Notes under the pieces: generated by a model
The model's input: only the letters and a program-made list of their open reading frames with translations
Databases searched by the model: none
What the model was told of the DNA's origin: nothing
Translations under genes and position numbers: made by a program
In this document: in pieces, positions 1 to 16,144 of the stretch
Position numbering within the stretch: position 1 is the stretch's first letter
Layout of the letters: each line of letters begins with the position of its first letter
NCBI GenBank assembly: GCA_964016885.1
Contig: OZ024740.1
Coordinates: 212,226,001 to 212,290,000, forward strand
DNA: 64,000 nucleotides
Direction: 5' to 3'
Source: Eledone cirrhosa
Taxonomy: Eukaryota

Positions 1-532
1 AAGGCATGATCAAAATAAACTGAAATTAAAAGGGGGGTAAACAGGTGGTGGAAGGGTGTGGGGTGAGTAGAGGTGGAGGCGGGTGGAGTGGGGAGAGGGA
101 GACGGGGTGTCCGAGCGGGGAGGGCTGAAGGTGGTGTGTGTGGTTAGGTGTGTGTGTGTGTGTGTGTATGTGAAAGTGAGGGTTGGGGGAAGAACGGGGT
201 TGCATGTTCAGGAAGGTGTGTGTGGGGGGTGTTTTTGTGTGTCGGAGGGTCTGTGCGTGTGTGGATAGGGGGTGGGGGGAGATATATATATACATACATT
301 CACACAGATGCATATATATACACATATATTTACATACATATACATATATACACATACATACACACAATCATACATATATACACACATACATACACATACA
401 TACACACATATATACACACACTCTCACACATACACATACATATACAATTACATATACACATACATACGCATACACATTTACACACACACATACACACATA
501 TACACACACACACATATATATATATAGATATG

Positions 533-873
533 GGGGCACATAGCTTAGTGGTTAGAGCATTGGCCTTGCAATCGAAAGGTTGTGAGTTCAATTCTCAGAC
601 CGGGTGATGTGTTGTTTCCTTGAGAAAGACACTTTATTTCACATTGCTCCAGTTTACTCAGCTGTAGAAATGAGATGATAGGGACTGGGGTCCCTATCAT
701 TCCACTGAAAAGTGGACGTGTAGGTGCCACGGCAAAAAAGCACCCAGCACTCACTGTAAATGAGGTTGGTGTTAGGAAGGGCATCCAGCTGTAGAAATCA
801 AGCCAGATTCAGTTCTCGTCCCACCCTTGCAAGCAGGGAAAAGTGGACGTAAAAATGAAATGATGATTAAAAA

Positions 874-876
<3 letters not shown>
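533..876 (+). mobile_element. tRNA-derived SINE (CORE-like body, RTE-derived tail)
   Basis: A box (TAGCTTAGTGG) and B box (GAGTTCAATTC), then the CCTTGAGAAAGACACTTTATTTCAC body. The tail GGTGTTAGGAAGGGCATCCAGCTGTAGAAA is shared with the LINE 3' end at 6760-6790 and ends in (TGA)n. Confidence 0.8.
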
Positions 877-960
<84 letters not shown>

Positions 961-1247
961 CATATCCATACATACATTCATACACATACATATACATACA
1001 TATCACAAACACATACATACAAATACAAACACACACATATGTATGTGTGTAAAACTCATTCTTAGATGTATTCATATGAACCTTGTTTAACTCTAAAATA
1101 TATATATATATATACATATATGCATAAATTCTGCTCCTGTATTGTGCGGCGCTTTATATTATAACTGAAAAATGGAATTATTTAAGATCTCTTCTTCTCT
1201 ATATATATACATATATATACCTATATACCTAGCTATATATATACATA

Positions 1248-2520
1248 TATACCTAGCTAAAAGTAAGCCACTCTACCTGGCATTCGTCGATCTTGAGAAA
1301 GTCTTTGACACAGTTCCACGTGCTGTAATCTGGTGGGCTCTTAGAAAACTAGGAGTAGATGAATGGCTTGTGAAAGCGGTACAAGCCATGTATAGGGGAG
1401 CAGTCAGCAAAGTTAGGATTAGCAATGAGTATAGCGAGGAATTTAGCGTACAGGTTGGTGTCCACCAGGGCTCTGTTCTTAGCCCCCTCCTGTTCATCAT
1501 AGTCCTGCAGGTAATAACGGAGGAGTTTAAGACCGGATGCCCATGGGAACTCCTGTATGCTGATGACCTCGCACTTATAGCTGAATCTATGGTAGAACTA
1601 GAGAAGAAATTCCAAACTTGGAAGCAGGGACTGGAAAGAAAGGGTCTCAAAGTCAACCTGACAAAGACTAAGGTCCTTGTAAGTAGACGAGAAAACAGAA
1701 CCCAGATCCCCTCAGGGAAATGGCCTTGCTCAGTATGTGGGAAAGGTGTAGGTAGGAACTCTATTCTCTGCCCCAAATACAAACAATGGGTACACAAGAG
1801 ATGTAGCGGGATCTCAGGAAGCTTAATTAAGAATGTAGGCTTCACATGCAGCATCTGTGCTGGGACAGCAAGCAGCAAACAGCCACAGGAAACAAATACC
1901 ACCAAACTCTGGGAGAGCTCTGTAGAAACAGTAGACAGTTTATGCTACCTAGGTGACCGAATTAGCAGTGGAGGTGGGTGTTCAGAAAGTACAATAACTA
2001 GAGTAAGAACGGGATGGAAGAAGTTCAGGGAACTACTGCCACTGCTAGCTGCAAAAGGCTTTTCCCTCAAAATGAAAGACAGACTGTATGATGCGTGTAT
2101 ACGAACAGCATGTTGCATGGTAGCGAGACCTGGGTGCTGAAAGTGGAAGACTTGCGTAGATTAGAGAGAAACGAAGCCTGCATGCTCCGATGGATGTGTA
2201 ATAGTAATATATGCGAACAGCAAAGCATAAATGAATTGAGAGAGAGACTGAGCATAAGAGGAATCAAATGCTGTGTGCAGGAGAGGCGGTTGCGTTGGTA
2301 TGGACATGTGATGCGTATGAAGGATGACAGCTGCATAAAAAGGTGCAGAGCACTAGAAGTCGATGGAAACCGCGGAGTGGGGAGACCCAAGATGACCTGG
2401 GATGAGGTGATAAAAGCCGACCTTACTCAATTACACCTCTCAAAGGCGATGACACACGACCGTGACCTCTGGCGTCACGCAGTAATACAGAGTACCCGAC
2501 CTCCCATGCGTACAAGCTGA
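1248..2520 (+). pseudogene. 5'-truncated RTE-clade LINE ORF (RT, PHD-like C4HC3 finger, C-terminus), one frameshift
   Basis: FVDLEKVFD, GVHQGSVLSPLLF, LLYADD, WPCSVC..CPK..WVHKRC..CSIC and RRLRWYGHVMR are split over ORFs 1172-2140 and 2095-2520. Confidence 0.92.
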
Positions 2521-2544
2521 AGCCTATAAACAATATGCCCCCAC

Positions 2545-3162
2545 ATTTGTTTTCTAAAATAACAATCTTGTTTGTTTAATTTTGGCCGAAGAATTCTAGG
2601 ATTTATAAAATGGCCTCATTGTCCCTCTTATCCTTTACACCCGGCCCCACTATATCGTATTACGCGCCGGCTAGTTCACCCTTTCAATCACTCCCTTCTC
2701 TCACCAAATATAAATAAACCTGTTACGAGGTACGATTCTCAGAATTTGTCAACGCTTTAATGGTCAGACCTCGTCGTTCCCTGCGAAGTGTAATGTAAAT
2801 GCCATTTTTCTTATCTCTCTCCAGCCTATCGGTCCATTCATTCATATATCCGTATCATCGCCCAGAATCCAATCTTTGCTCTCTCCCAATGCTATTCTAT
2901 AATTCTGTCTGGTTGTTTCTAAATAATCTTGTATTTTAAAACCCCATTATTCGCTTATTATTACTGTTATATGCTTCTCCGATTATACCCAAAATTCGAA
3001 GATTTCATTTAAACCCTCTCGCTAACTACCCCATTTGTTTTTCTAAAATAACAATCTTGTTTGTTTAATTTTGGCCGAAGAATTCTAGGATTTATAAAAT
3101 GGCCTCATTGTCCCTCTTATCCTTTACCCCCGGCCCCACTATATCGTATTACGCGCCGGCTA
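2545..3162 (+). repeat. ~130-bp direct duplication (about 2545-2672 and 3032-3162) upstream of the LINE
   Basis: CATTTGTTTT(T)CTAAAATAACAATCTTG...TATTACGCGCCGGCTA occurs twice. Confidence 0.85.
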
Positions 3163-3239
3163 ATTCTGTCTCACTGTTCTAAATAATCTTCTCCACGCTT
3201 GTTCTAAATAATCTTCTCTTTGCTAACTACCACATACCC

Positions 3240-6200
3240 CTCCCTCCACCTTTATTATTTGGACCAATCACAAGTCAACGGCCGATGCTATCACTTCTGG
3301 CTGCTTTTCGATATGATGGATGGACTAAGGAATTTCTGGAGAGTCTGAAGAATCTGGACACTCGATGACAATGCCAAAGATAACGACAAATTCACCTCAT
3401 GCTGCCGGACGAAAGGTCAAGGCCCCCTCCTCTTTGTTTCGGCCGCGGATGGCCAACATAACCCCAACCCCATCCCCCTCACCCCTCCCTGCGCCCCATC
3501 CTCCAAACACAATCCAAAACTTCAGAGTTGGTACCATGAATGTAGGCACCTTAAAAGGCCGCTCTAACGAGGTTGTAGAAATGCTTGAACGTAAGGAGGT
3601 TGATGTTTGCTGTATCCAAGAGACCAGGTGGAGGGGCGGGTCGGCTAGATTCTTGTGGGTAAAAAACGTTGCTATAAGCTTTTCTGGGTGGGAAATGACA
3701 ATGGGATAGGTGGGGTAGGAATCATGTTAGCAGAAAAATGGGTGGATAAGATAATAGATGTAAATAGAGTGAATGACAGAATAATTAAAATAAGACTTGT
3801 TCTAAATAGAACTACTGTGACAGTAATATCTGCATTCGCGCCCCAATCCGGACTGCCTGGCGCTATAGAAGACAGATTCTATGAGACAATGCTGCTCTCT
3901 ACCTCCCAAATAACCGACAGTGACTATATAATTATTGCAGGCGACCTAAATGGCCACGTTGGACAACATTGTGACGGCTATGGCGGAATCCACAGAGGCT
4001 ATGGGTTTGGTACTAGAAACGAGGAAAGCTCCAGAATCCTGGAATTCTGTGATGCAAATAACCTAATTATCTGTAACACTAACTTCAAAAAACGAGACAA
4101 TCACTTGATCACCTACAGATCAGGGGAACATACCAGCCAGGTAGATTATATCCTTACCAGAAGACGTGACAGAGTGTCTGTTGTAAACACTAAATCCCTC
4201 CCCCATGAAGAATGCACCTCCCAATATAGACTGATAATTAGCGACCTCATAGTCAGGACGAGACGTACTAGACAGCAGAAGAGGACTATCCTCAGGAGAA
4301 AAATATGGAAGCTAAAGGACCCCACAGCCAGAAATAAATTTAAAAGCATATTACTTGATGCTTTCGACAGTAAGGAAGAGCAATTAGAGTCGTACAATAT
4401 AGAGGAACAGTGGGAATTCCTGAAAGCAAACCTACTTAAGTCTGTGGCTGGAGCAGGCCTGTAGGCAGGAGGAGAGTAACATGGTGGTGGAACAGTAAGG
4501 TGGAGGAGTCAATTAAGGCCAAAAAGCAGGCTTGGAAAGTATGGCGGGATGGGGGGGAAGTAGAGAAGACTATCAAGTGGCCAGGAAGGAAGCTAGGAGA
4601 CAAGTGTACTTCGCAAGAAGGGAAGCAGAGGAAAGAAAGTTCAAGCATGTTCTACAACGCGAGGACCAAAAACGTGAGGTGTTCAGGATTGCTAGGCAAT
4701 GTGTCAAGGAAAACCGTGATATTGTCGGGGAGAAGTGTGTTCTTAATGATGATGGCGTACTTGCCATCACTGACGCTGATAAGAAGGTAGCTTGGAAGTG
4801 TCACTACGAAAGGCTACTAAATGAGGAGAATAAATGGGAGAAAGACAGTCTCCCCCACATCGACCCAATAGAGGGACCAGCAGTGTTAGTCGAAGGTAGT
4901 ATAATAAGTAAGGCAATCAAAGATATGAAGACAGGTAAGGCGGCTGGGCCTTCGGAAATAGTTGCTGAGATGCTGAAAGCCTCTGGAACGGTGGGACACA
5001 CCATGGTCACCCGGATAGTAAACCAAGTCATACAGAATGGGGTTGTTCCGAAGGACTGGTGTAGCAGCATCATCATTAACTGCTACAAGGGTAAAGGAGA
5101 CGCCCTAGATAGGAGTAACTATAGAGGCATTAAATTAATCGAACAGGTCATGAAGGTCACGGAAAAAGTAATAGCGCAACTAATCAGAGAGAGAATTGAT
5201 TTAGATGAAATGCAGTTCGGGTTTGTGTCAGGCAAAAGTACCACAGACGCTCTTTTCATTGTATGACAACTACAGGAGAAGTACCTAGCTAAAAGTAAAC
5301 CCCTATACTTAACTTTTGTCGACTTGGAGAAAGCCTTCGACAGAGTCCCCCGTTCCATTATCTGGTGGACTCTTAGAAAACTAGGTGTTGATGAATGGCT
5401 TGTGAGAGCTATACAAGCCATGTATAAAGAAACAGTCAGCAAGGTTAGAATTAACAATGAATATAGTGAACAGTTTAGCGTAAAAGTTGGTGTTCATCAG
5501 GGCTCTGTTCTTAGCCCCCTACTATTTATTATTGCCCTTCAGGATATAACAGTGGAGTTCAAGACCGGCTGCCCATGGGAACTCCTATACGCAGATGATC
5601 TAACACTCATAGCTGAATCAATGACCGAGCTAGAGAAGAAATTCCAAACATGGAAGCACGGCCTAGAATCTAAAGGCCTTAAAATTAACCTGGCTAAGAC
5701 TAAAGTTCTAGTTTGTAGGAAAGAAAATAAGGCGCCGGTTCCTTCCGGGAAATGGCCATGCTCAGTGTGTAGGAAAGGAGTAGGTAGAAACTCCATTTTA
5801 TGTCCCAAATGCAAAGTATGGGTGCATAAAAGATGTAGTGGGATCACAGGTAAGCTAACTAAGAACATAGATTTTACATGTGGCCGGTGCTCTGGTGCAA
5901 TAAGTAGCAGCAAGTGCCCACAAATACTAGCTCTTTCAATTGCGCAGAGGGTTCTATAGAAATAGTGGACAGCTTCCGTTACCTGGGTGACAAAATCAGC
6001 AGTGGTGGAGGGTGCTCGGAAAGTACAGTAGCTAGAGTCAGAACTGGATGGAAAAAGTTCAGAGAGCTTATACCACTATTAGCCGCTAAAGGGTTCTCCC
6101 TAAAAATGAAAGGCAGGCTGTATGATGCCTGCATACGAACAGCAATGTTGCATGGCAGTGAGACCTGGGCATTGTGTGCAGAGAATATACGCAGACTAGA

Positions 6201-6908
6201 GAGGAACGAAGCTTGCATGCTCCGCTGGATGTGTAATAGTAATATACGTGAACGGCAAAGCATAAACGAACTAAGGGAAAAATTAGAAATAAGAGGGATC
6301 AGATGTTGTTTACTCGAGAGAAGGCTACGTTGGTATGGTCATGTGATGCGCATGAAAGACGACAGCTGTATAAAAAAGTGCAGGGCAATAAAGATAGACG
6401 GTAGCCACGGAGTAGGCAGACCCAGAAAAACCTGGGACTACCTGATAAATTCCGACCTCACACACTTACACCTCTCCAAGACAATATCACTGGACCGAGA
6501 CCTTTGGCGGTACTCAGTAATAGAGAAGACCCGCCTTACCTACATACAAAGTAAAACCTACTACAGTCAGTAGCCATCTCTAACAAAATACACCCCGTCA
6601 CACCACCCACCCCATCAATTTATGTTGGTGCCACAACATCCAGGCCGAAACAAATGAGATCGTGTAGGTGTCACGACAAAAAAATACACAGTCCACGCTG
6701 TAATGTGGCCGTGTAGGCAACACGGTAAAAACCTCCCTGTCCCACACTGTAAATGTGGTTGGTGTTAGGAAGGGCATCCAGCTGTAGAAAACCCGCCAGA
6801 CAGTCCGATGCGAGCAAGACAACCACTCTTGCCTCAAGTGGGAAAACTCCCGTCCAAACCCATGCAAGCGTGGAACATGGACGTTAAACGATGATGATGA
6901 TGATGATG
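3240..6908 (+). mobile_element. Near full-length decayed RTE-clade LINE (APE endonuclease, RT, PHD-like finger, (GAT)n tail)
   Basis: APE motifs GTMNVGTL, CIQETRW, GDLNGHVG, SQVDYIL. RT motifs NYRGIKL, QFGF, QGSVLSPLLF, YADD. Several frameshifts and stops (ORFs 3365, 3655, 4532, 5324, 5914). Ends GACGTTAAAC(GAT)n. The 5' boundary is approximate. Confidence 0.95.
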
Positions 6909-7337
6909 TATATGAGGGAAAAGTTGCCTTTGAGGCATCTCGAATCGCATACGAGAAAGTAAAGCAGGATGTGAGGAGGGGCATTGCTGTTGCACTTCCA
7001 GACGGCGAGGGTCTTCCTATGGTGCTGACATGCAGCGTCTGTGCGAGACTCTGCCTAAGCAAAGCTGGACTCGAAAGTCATCTTCGCAATCATAAAGTAA
7101 GACCAGTGGTTGACTACCAGGCTGCTGCTGGAGATGCTACTCATCATGTTTGCCAAACATGTGGTAGAGAATGTAAATCAGCAGGAGGGCTCAAGCGACA
7201 TGCAAAAGTACACGAACTCCAACCACAGCCGACTATTCCTTCCCAGTGAATGTTTTGGTGGCCAACTCTGTGCAAGACATTTTAGATCATTGGCTGGGCT
7301 AAGAAGCCACATTCGATCACGGCGCTGTTAGTTGCTA

Positions 7338-7374
<37 letters not shown>

Positions 7375-7557
7375 GATATGTTTATGTGTGTGCGTGTATG
7401 TGTATATATATATATGTATATGTATATTATTATTATTGTTGTCGTTATTATTATTGTTGTTATTATTATTATTATTATTATTATTGTTATTAATGTATAT
7501 GTGTGTGTGTATGTGTGTGTGTGTGTATGTATGTATATGTATATGTGTATATATATA

Positions 7558-7599
<42 letters not shown>

Positions 7600-7682
7600 T
7601 TATTTTATTTTTTTTTTTATTTATTTATTAATTTATTTTTTTTCTCCTCGTGCAATGGCCATACTCGATAACGAGGGGGCAA

Positions 7683-7688
<6 letters not shown>
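6909..7688 (+). mobile_element. 3' end of a BovB/RTE-type LINE with three C2H2 fingers; microsatellite inside the 3' UTR
   Basis: CSVCARLCLSKAGLESHLRNH, CQTCGRECKSAGGLKRHAKVH and a third finger (..CARHFRSLAGLRSH) in another frame. The terminal hairpin GGCCATACTCGATAACGAG..CAACCATC matches the 3' end at 12585-12617. Confidence 0.7.
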
Positions 7689-7777
<89 letters not shown>

Positions 7778-8173
7778 ATATATGTATATGTATGTGTGTG
7801 TGTATATATATATATCTATGTATGTGTATATATAATTGTATGTGTATGTGTATGTGTGAGAGTGTGTGTATATATTTATTTTTACGTATGTATGTGTACG
7901 TGCAATTGTGTGTATGTATGTGTATATATATATGTATGTATATGTATGTATATATATATGTGTATATATATATATGTGTGTGAATGTATGTATATATATA
8001 TGTTTATATATATATATGCATGTATATGTGTGTGTGTGTGTATGTATGTGTATGTATGGATATGTTGATAATTATGTGTGTATGTATGTATGTGTATGTA
8101 TATATATACACATATATATGTGTGTGTGTGTGTGTAGCTGTGTGTGTATGTATGTGTGTATGTATATAATTGT

Positions 8174-8219
<46 letters not shown>

Positions 8220-8383
8220 AAATATAAATTCATACATATATATAAACTCATACATATATATATAAATATAAATTCATACATATATATAAACTCATACATA
8301 TATATATAAATATAAATTCATACATATATATAAACTCATACATATATATATAAATGTAAATTCATACATATATATATAAACTC

Positions 8384-8668
8384 AGAGCTGTATGGGAGCA
8401 TCCCAAAAGTCAGCTCAAAAGTGACACAGAGGAGACTGAGGTTAGCTGGACATGCTCACCGACATCCAGAGTTGACATTGCACTCAGTGCTCCTGTGGGA
8501 GCCCCTACATGGACACACTAGAAGATGAAGGCCAAGGTGAACGTATGTTGATGTCCTAAGGACAGACACTGGTCTGTTGGAGACGCAGGACATGGCAGCG
8601 ATAATGAGGGACAGAGACCGTGGAGAGAACTCGTCCATGGATCTCGGGAATTTTACCCGCCTTAGATA
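8384..8668 (+). mobile_element. LINE 3' fragment (RTE/RTEX-like C-terminus)
   Basis: Translates as [39 protein letters not shown], with stops. A shorter same-orientation copy lies at 33760-33868. Confidence 0.7.
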
Positions 8669-9186
<518 letters not shown>

Positions 9187-10175
9187 ATGTATAAAAATCA
9201 ATACAATATAATTACCTCATTACCAGAGGTTTCCCGAATGAGGCGAATACGAAAGAAACGTCTTCATTCGTTCGTCAGACGAGGCAATATAAAACATGGC
9301 TAAATACTTGGAAAGTCTCATCAAGAAAAGCAAAAAAAATTATATAAATATAGACAAATGAATTACAATAGCCATATGAAATATATAAAAATCTTTCAAG
9401 AAATATAGTTAGGTGTGTGTATATGTATGTATATACGCTCACAGATGTACATATATGTGTATGTACAAATGTATACGTATAGTGAAAAAGTGTGCGTAAA
9501 TATATCTGTGTATCTGTAAGCTACAGACAGACATGATGTGGTTTTCTGTCTGGCAGGTACACATAAAAACAGGGTATTAGATACATTATAAGAATATAAA
9601 GGCACGCGTATAAACACATCCACACGCACGTACACTTATATGCGGAAGTAAAAGAGGTAAGGGAGTGTAATAATTAAAAGAAAGTATCATTCACGATATA
9701 TTTATAAAAATGGAACAATATTTCAGAAAGAAAAAATTAAAGAAAAGAAGACAAACAAGGTACACGCGTACACACACACGTATATCTACAAGAAACGTAT
9801 ATCTATAAGAAATATATATATATACACGCAAAAAAAAATAAATAAATAAAACGTGCAGACAAAAGCGTATGCAAGCACATCTACACACACAGGATGCACA
9901 TATATACGCATATACGCCTCGCCCCATGTATATCTAATCACGCGCACGCACGCACGCGACTGTAGACACACTCGCACACACACACACACAAAAATATACA
10001 TGCTTATATACACACGCACACTTACACATCCATAGATTCGGTACGTACACACACACACATACATACACTCACGCATATTGACCTGTTTGCATGCACACGC
10101 ATAAAAGTGAGGATGTTAAAAAAGGAAGAAGAAAAAAATAAAACAAACAACACGGATATAAAGACACATATACAT

Positions 10176-10231
<56 letters not shown>

Positions 10232-11466
10232 GCACGCGCGCGCACATACGGAGGCGTTCAGACACATAGATACAGGGTGTAAAAAACTTGTGGATAAGTA
10301 AGTACAAAATTAAAATTATAAGATTGGCTGCGAAAAACTAAAAAATAAAAAAATAAAAAATAAAAATAAAAAATATCTGGAGTGGAAAACGCAAGTGACT
10401 CGTTTAATCGGTTAGTGAAGAAAATAGGGAAGTAAAAAGTGGAAAGTGAAGATATTAGGTAAGTGAATCGGAGAATAAAGGTGGGGGGGGGGGGGGGTAT
10501 TGGTGGATGTGAAGTAAAAATAAAAAAATATAAAAATAAAAATAAAAATAAAAATAAAAATAAAAATGAAATTAATAATAAGGATAAAAATGAAAGTAAA
10601 TCAGAAAGGGTAGTTATAAAGAGAATAATAAGAGTTTATGGAGGATAAGTATCTGAAAGTGTGTTAAGTTTATATGAGCTGGAAAGCAGGTGTGATTTCA
10701 TGTGTGGGCAACTGATGAAAATTTCCGTCTTTGTGTTCAGGCAGTTCTTTGGTGATTTAAGATTTTGCAAGATCCAATATTTTTCATTTATGCAGAGCGT
10801 GCATTTTCTTGTTCCTCTTGCATATTCTTTAGATTGGTTCAAAATTGACCACTCCGATTTATATTGGATACCTTGGTCTTTCAAATCCCATATTCTGCTA
10901 GCCAGAGCTGTTGTAAATCTTTTTTCCTGATGTCGAAAGGATGCGACATGTGAGTAATAACGCGTTTTGAATTTGTCTTGCGTCATACCCACATATCGTT
11001 CACTGGTGGCTGGATGGTTGTTGCTGATGGTTGTCACTTTAGCCGCATATACAATGGCTTTGGTGTTGCATTTACCTTGTAATGGGCATTCACTTTTGAT
11101 TCTACAGGAGCAATTTTGATGTTCTCTAGGTGATTTTTTGTTGATGATATAGGACTTAATAGGGGGACCGCAGGAATAGCTAATTTTGACACAGTTTCTA
11201 TAAAAGATCTTATAGTATCTATGTGTTCTAGGGAAATGTTTATCTAGGAGCTCTAGGAATTTTTTGCCTACATTAGTTTTAACTGCTAGAGAGTAGGGGG
11301 GGGGGGGGGGATGTGAACCAGATCATTTTTCTTTTTCCTGTTTTTACATTTAATAGAGTTAGTATAGTTGGGTATGTATTTAATCGGTTCGCTAAAAATG
11401 CTATTTGGGAGGGCTTTATTATAGTAGGGGGTTTTATAAATATAGTTTCCATTTGTTTAATATCGT
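9187..11466 (-). mobile_element. 5'-truncated Naiad-type Penelope-like element (linker, GIY-YIG endonuclease, 1.4-kb 3' UTR, HHR)
   Basis: Minus strand reads [43 protein letters not shown], then CSCRIKSECPLQGKC..IVY..YVGMT..FKTRYYSH..TALASRIWDLK..CTLCINEK..LN..E..CPH, with the stop at 10636. Frameshift in a poly-C run. Both ends abut (TA)n. Confidence 0.88.
9212..9287 (-). ncRNA. Type I hammerhead ribozyme (family G)
   Basis: Minus strand: stem I TTGCCTCGT, core CTGACGA, stem II CGAATGA..TCATTCG, GAAA, stem III CC-tct-GG, cleavage triplet GUA, stem I' ATGAGGTAA. Confidence 0.85.
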
Positions 11467-11503
11467 ATGTATATATATATATGTATATGTATATATATAT
11501 ATG

Positions 11504-11534
<31 letters not shown>

Positions 11535-11619
11535 GTACATGTATATATGTATATATATATGTATAGATGTATATATATATATATGTATATGTATATATAT
11601 GTATATGTATATATATATG

Positions 11620-11668
<49 letters not shown>

Positions 11669-11900
11669 GTATATATATATATATGTATATGTATATATAT
11701 ATGTATATGTATATATATATGTATATGTATATGTATATATATATGTATATGTATATATATATGTATATATATATGTATATGTATATATATATATGTATAT
11801 GTATATATATATATGTATATGTATATATATGTATATGTATATATATATATGTATATGTATATATATATATGTATATGTATATATATATATGTATATGTAT

Positions 11901-11932
<32 letters not shown>

Positions 11933-12009
11933 GTGTATATGTATATATATATAGGTATATATATATGTATATGTATATATATATATGTATATATATGTAT
12001 ATGTATATG
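11467..12009. repeat. Irregular (TA)nTG microsatellite
   Basis: Direct reading. Confidence 0.95.
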
Positions 12010-12617
12010 TCAGGTCACCACTTGGTGCTACTGGTAACATGTATCCCAGTACAACCTGTCTCATGGTCGGGTCGTTGGCGACTAAACTGGCAACCCCACC
12101 AAGGTTTCTTGGTGAGGAGGGTGACTTTGGACATCCTGCAGGACTAAAAACAAAACCTGTCAAAGGGCAAAGGAGCTCTTAAGAGTCAATGGCCATCGAA
12201 AATCACTGGGAGAGATGACCCCTTAGCCTTTGTCAAGGCAGAATTCTAGGAGAAGGAAAACTCTGATATAACACCTGCAACCCTGATGGTATCCAATGAT
12301 GTTGACTTGTTCTTCTTTTTGGTAAATATCATCTTGGTTAAGAGAGTGGGACTGGCTTTGTGCAGTGCCTTTGCTCACTATAAAAGCTTCACGGCACAGG
12401 CATTGCTTTGTATCTGGAGATCTCTCTGCACTTGTCGTCACATGGTACCAAAGGTAAAGCACTATGTGTCAATAATTGTCACAACTGTAGTGTTTGTACC
12501 AGAGTTTTCAAGTCGCTGGCTGGACTAAAAAGTCACACTCGTTCAGCGCATCGGTAGGGGTTCTCCTACATGGATATAAAGTAGTGGCCGTACTCGAAAA
12601 CGAGTTGGCAGCCACCA
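12010..12617 (+). mobile_element. Short non-autonomous RTE derivative (structured 5' UTR joined to a C2H2-finger 3' end)
   Basis: The first ~190 nt are homologous to 63108-63302 on the minus strand. The 3' part encodes [23 protein letters not shown] and ends in the same terminal hairpin as 7657-7688. Confidence 0.65.
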
Positions 12618-14865
<2,248 letters not shown>

Positions 14866-15083
14866 AGAACTAACAACCAACCAGTAACATGTAAATAAAC
14901 AAGTAAATAAATGAACATAAACACACACAGACACCCGGATGTGGCGCATGCGCAAACTGAGCACACAACACACACACAGAAAGAAAATGGCGTAGGAAAG
15001 AACAAAGGAGAGGTACAGAAACATAGAAAGGAATCCCCAGTCACTGAAGAGGTCACAGAGTGTGACGAAAGAACTATGACAAT
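14866..15083 (+). mobile_element. Solo 3' end (pseudo-LTR) of PLE family H with a minimal HHR at 15040-15080
   Basis: Homologous to 34600-34815 (minus) and 35710-35794 (plus). Motif GTCA-CTGAAGA-g-GTCACA-gag-TGTGAC-GAAA-G-aa-C-TA-TGAC. Confidence 0.75.
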
Positions 15084-15192
15084 ATATATATATATATGTA
15101 TATATATATATGTATATATATATATATGTATATATATGTATATATATGTATATATATATATATGTATATATATATGTATATATATATATATG

Positions 15193-15256
<64 letters not shown>

Positions 15257-15311
15257 TAAAAAAATAATGAATAAAACAATGAAACAGTTCCTTATATTAA
15301 ACAAAAAAAGT

Positions 15312-15463
15312 TCATTATTTAACGATCGTTTCTAGGATATATATGTGTTAGAATTGGCATGCATATTCAACAGATCTATGTACAAAATTATACAAAATTA
15401 TACAAACTATCAAAATTAAATATACATACCAACACATATATATGCCGTCTTCAGAAATAATGA
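15312..15463 (-). ncRNA. Type I hammerhead with 115-nt stem II (family F, left copy)
   Basis: Reverse complement of 33289-33440. Confidence 0.75.
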
Positions 15464-16071
15464 AATATATTTATTGATAATAACAACAATTCAAAATTAC
15501 AGGTCTGTTTGGGAACAGAGTTCAAATTGACCAATGAAAACACAAAAAGTTTATACAGTTAGGTGTGTGTATATATGTAAGTAACTTCGTTCACAGATAT
15601 GCATAAAAATATATGTTCACATGCATACGCATGCCGAAAAGATGTATGTAAATACAAAAATTCAAGGCTAATGTCTCTGTATGTTTATAATCTACAGATA
15701 AAATACGTATACGCATATAAACATATAAATATAAAAATAAAAAAATAAATATATACACACATTCATATACTCACACATATACGTACATTCACACACACAC
15801 GCGCGTATACGCATAAACATACACACAACCACGAACATACATACACACACACACCCCCACACACATATATGTGTATATAATATTATCATAAGCATATGGA
15901 CATTAATGCGCGCACATAAACACTGCCACACATATTTAGATCCAGATACAGAAAGTAGGTGGGGGGGGGGAGAGAAGAGGTCAGTATTTAGCGGTGTCAG
16001 CAAACTGCCTATTTATAAATGTATCTATAAATTTAGAAATAAAAAGAAAAAGAAAAAAGAAATATATTAAG

Positions 16072-16135
<64 letters not shown>

Positions 16136-16144
16136 TATATTTTT

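Noticed and set aside
533-605. tRNA genes at 533, 34253 and 52658
   Set aside because: The A and B boxes run straight into SINE body sequence and there is no complete cloverleaf.
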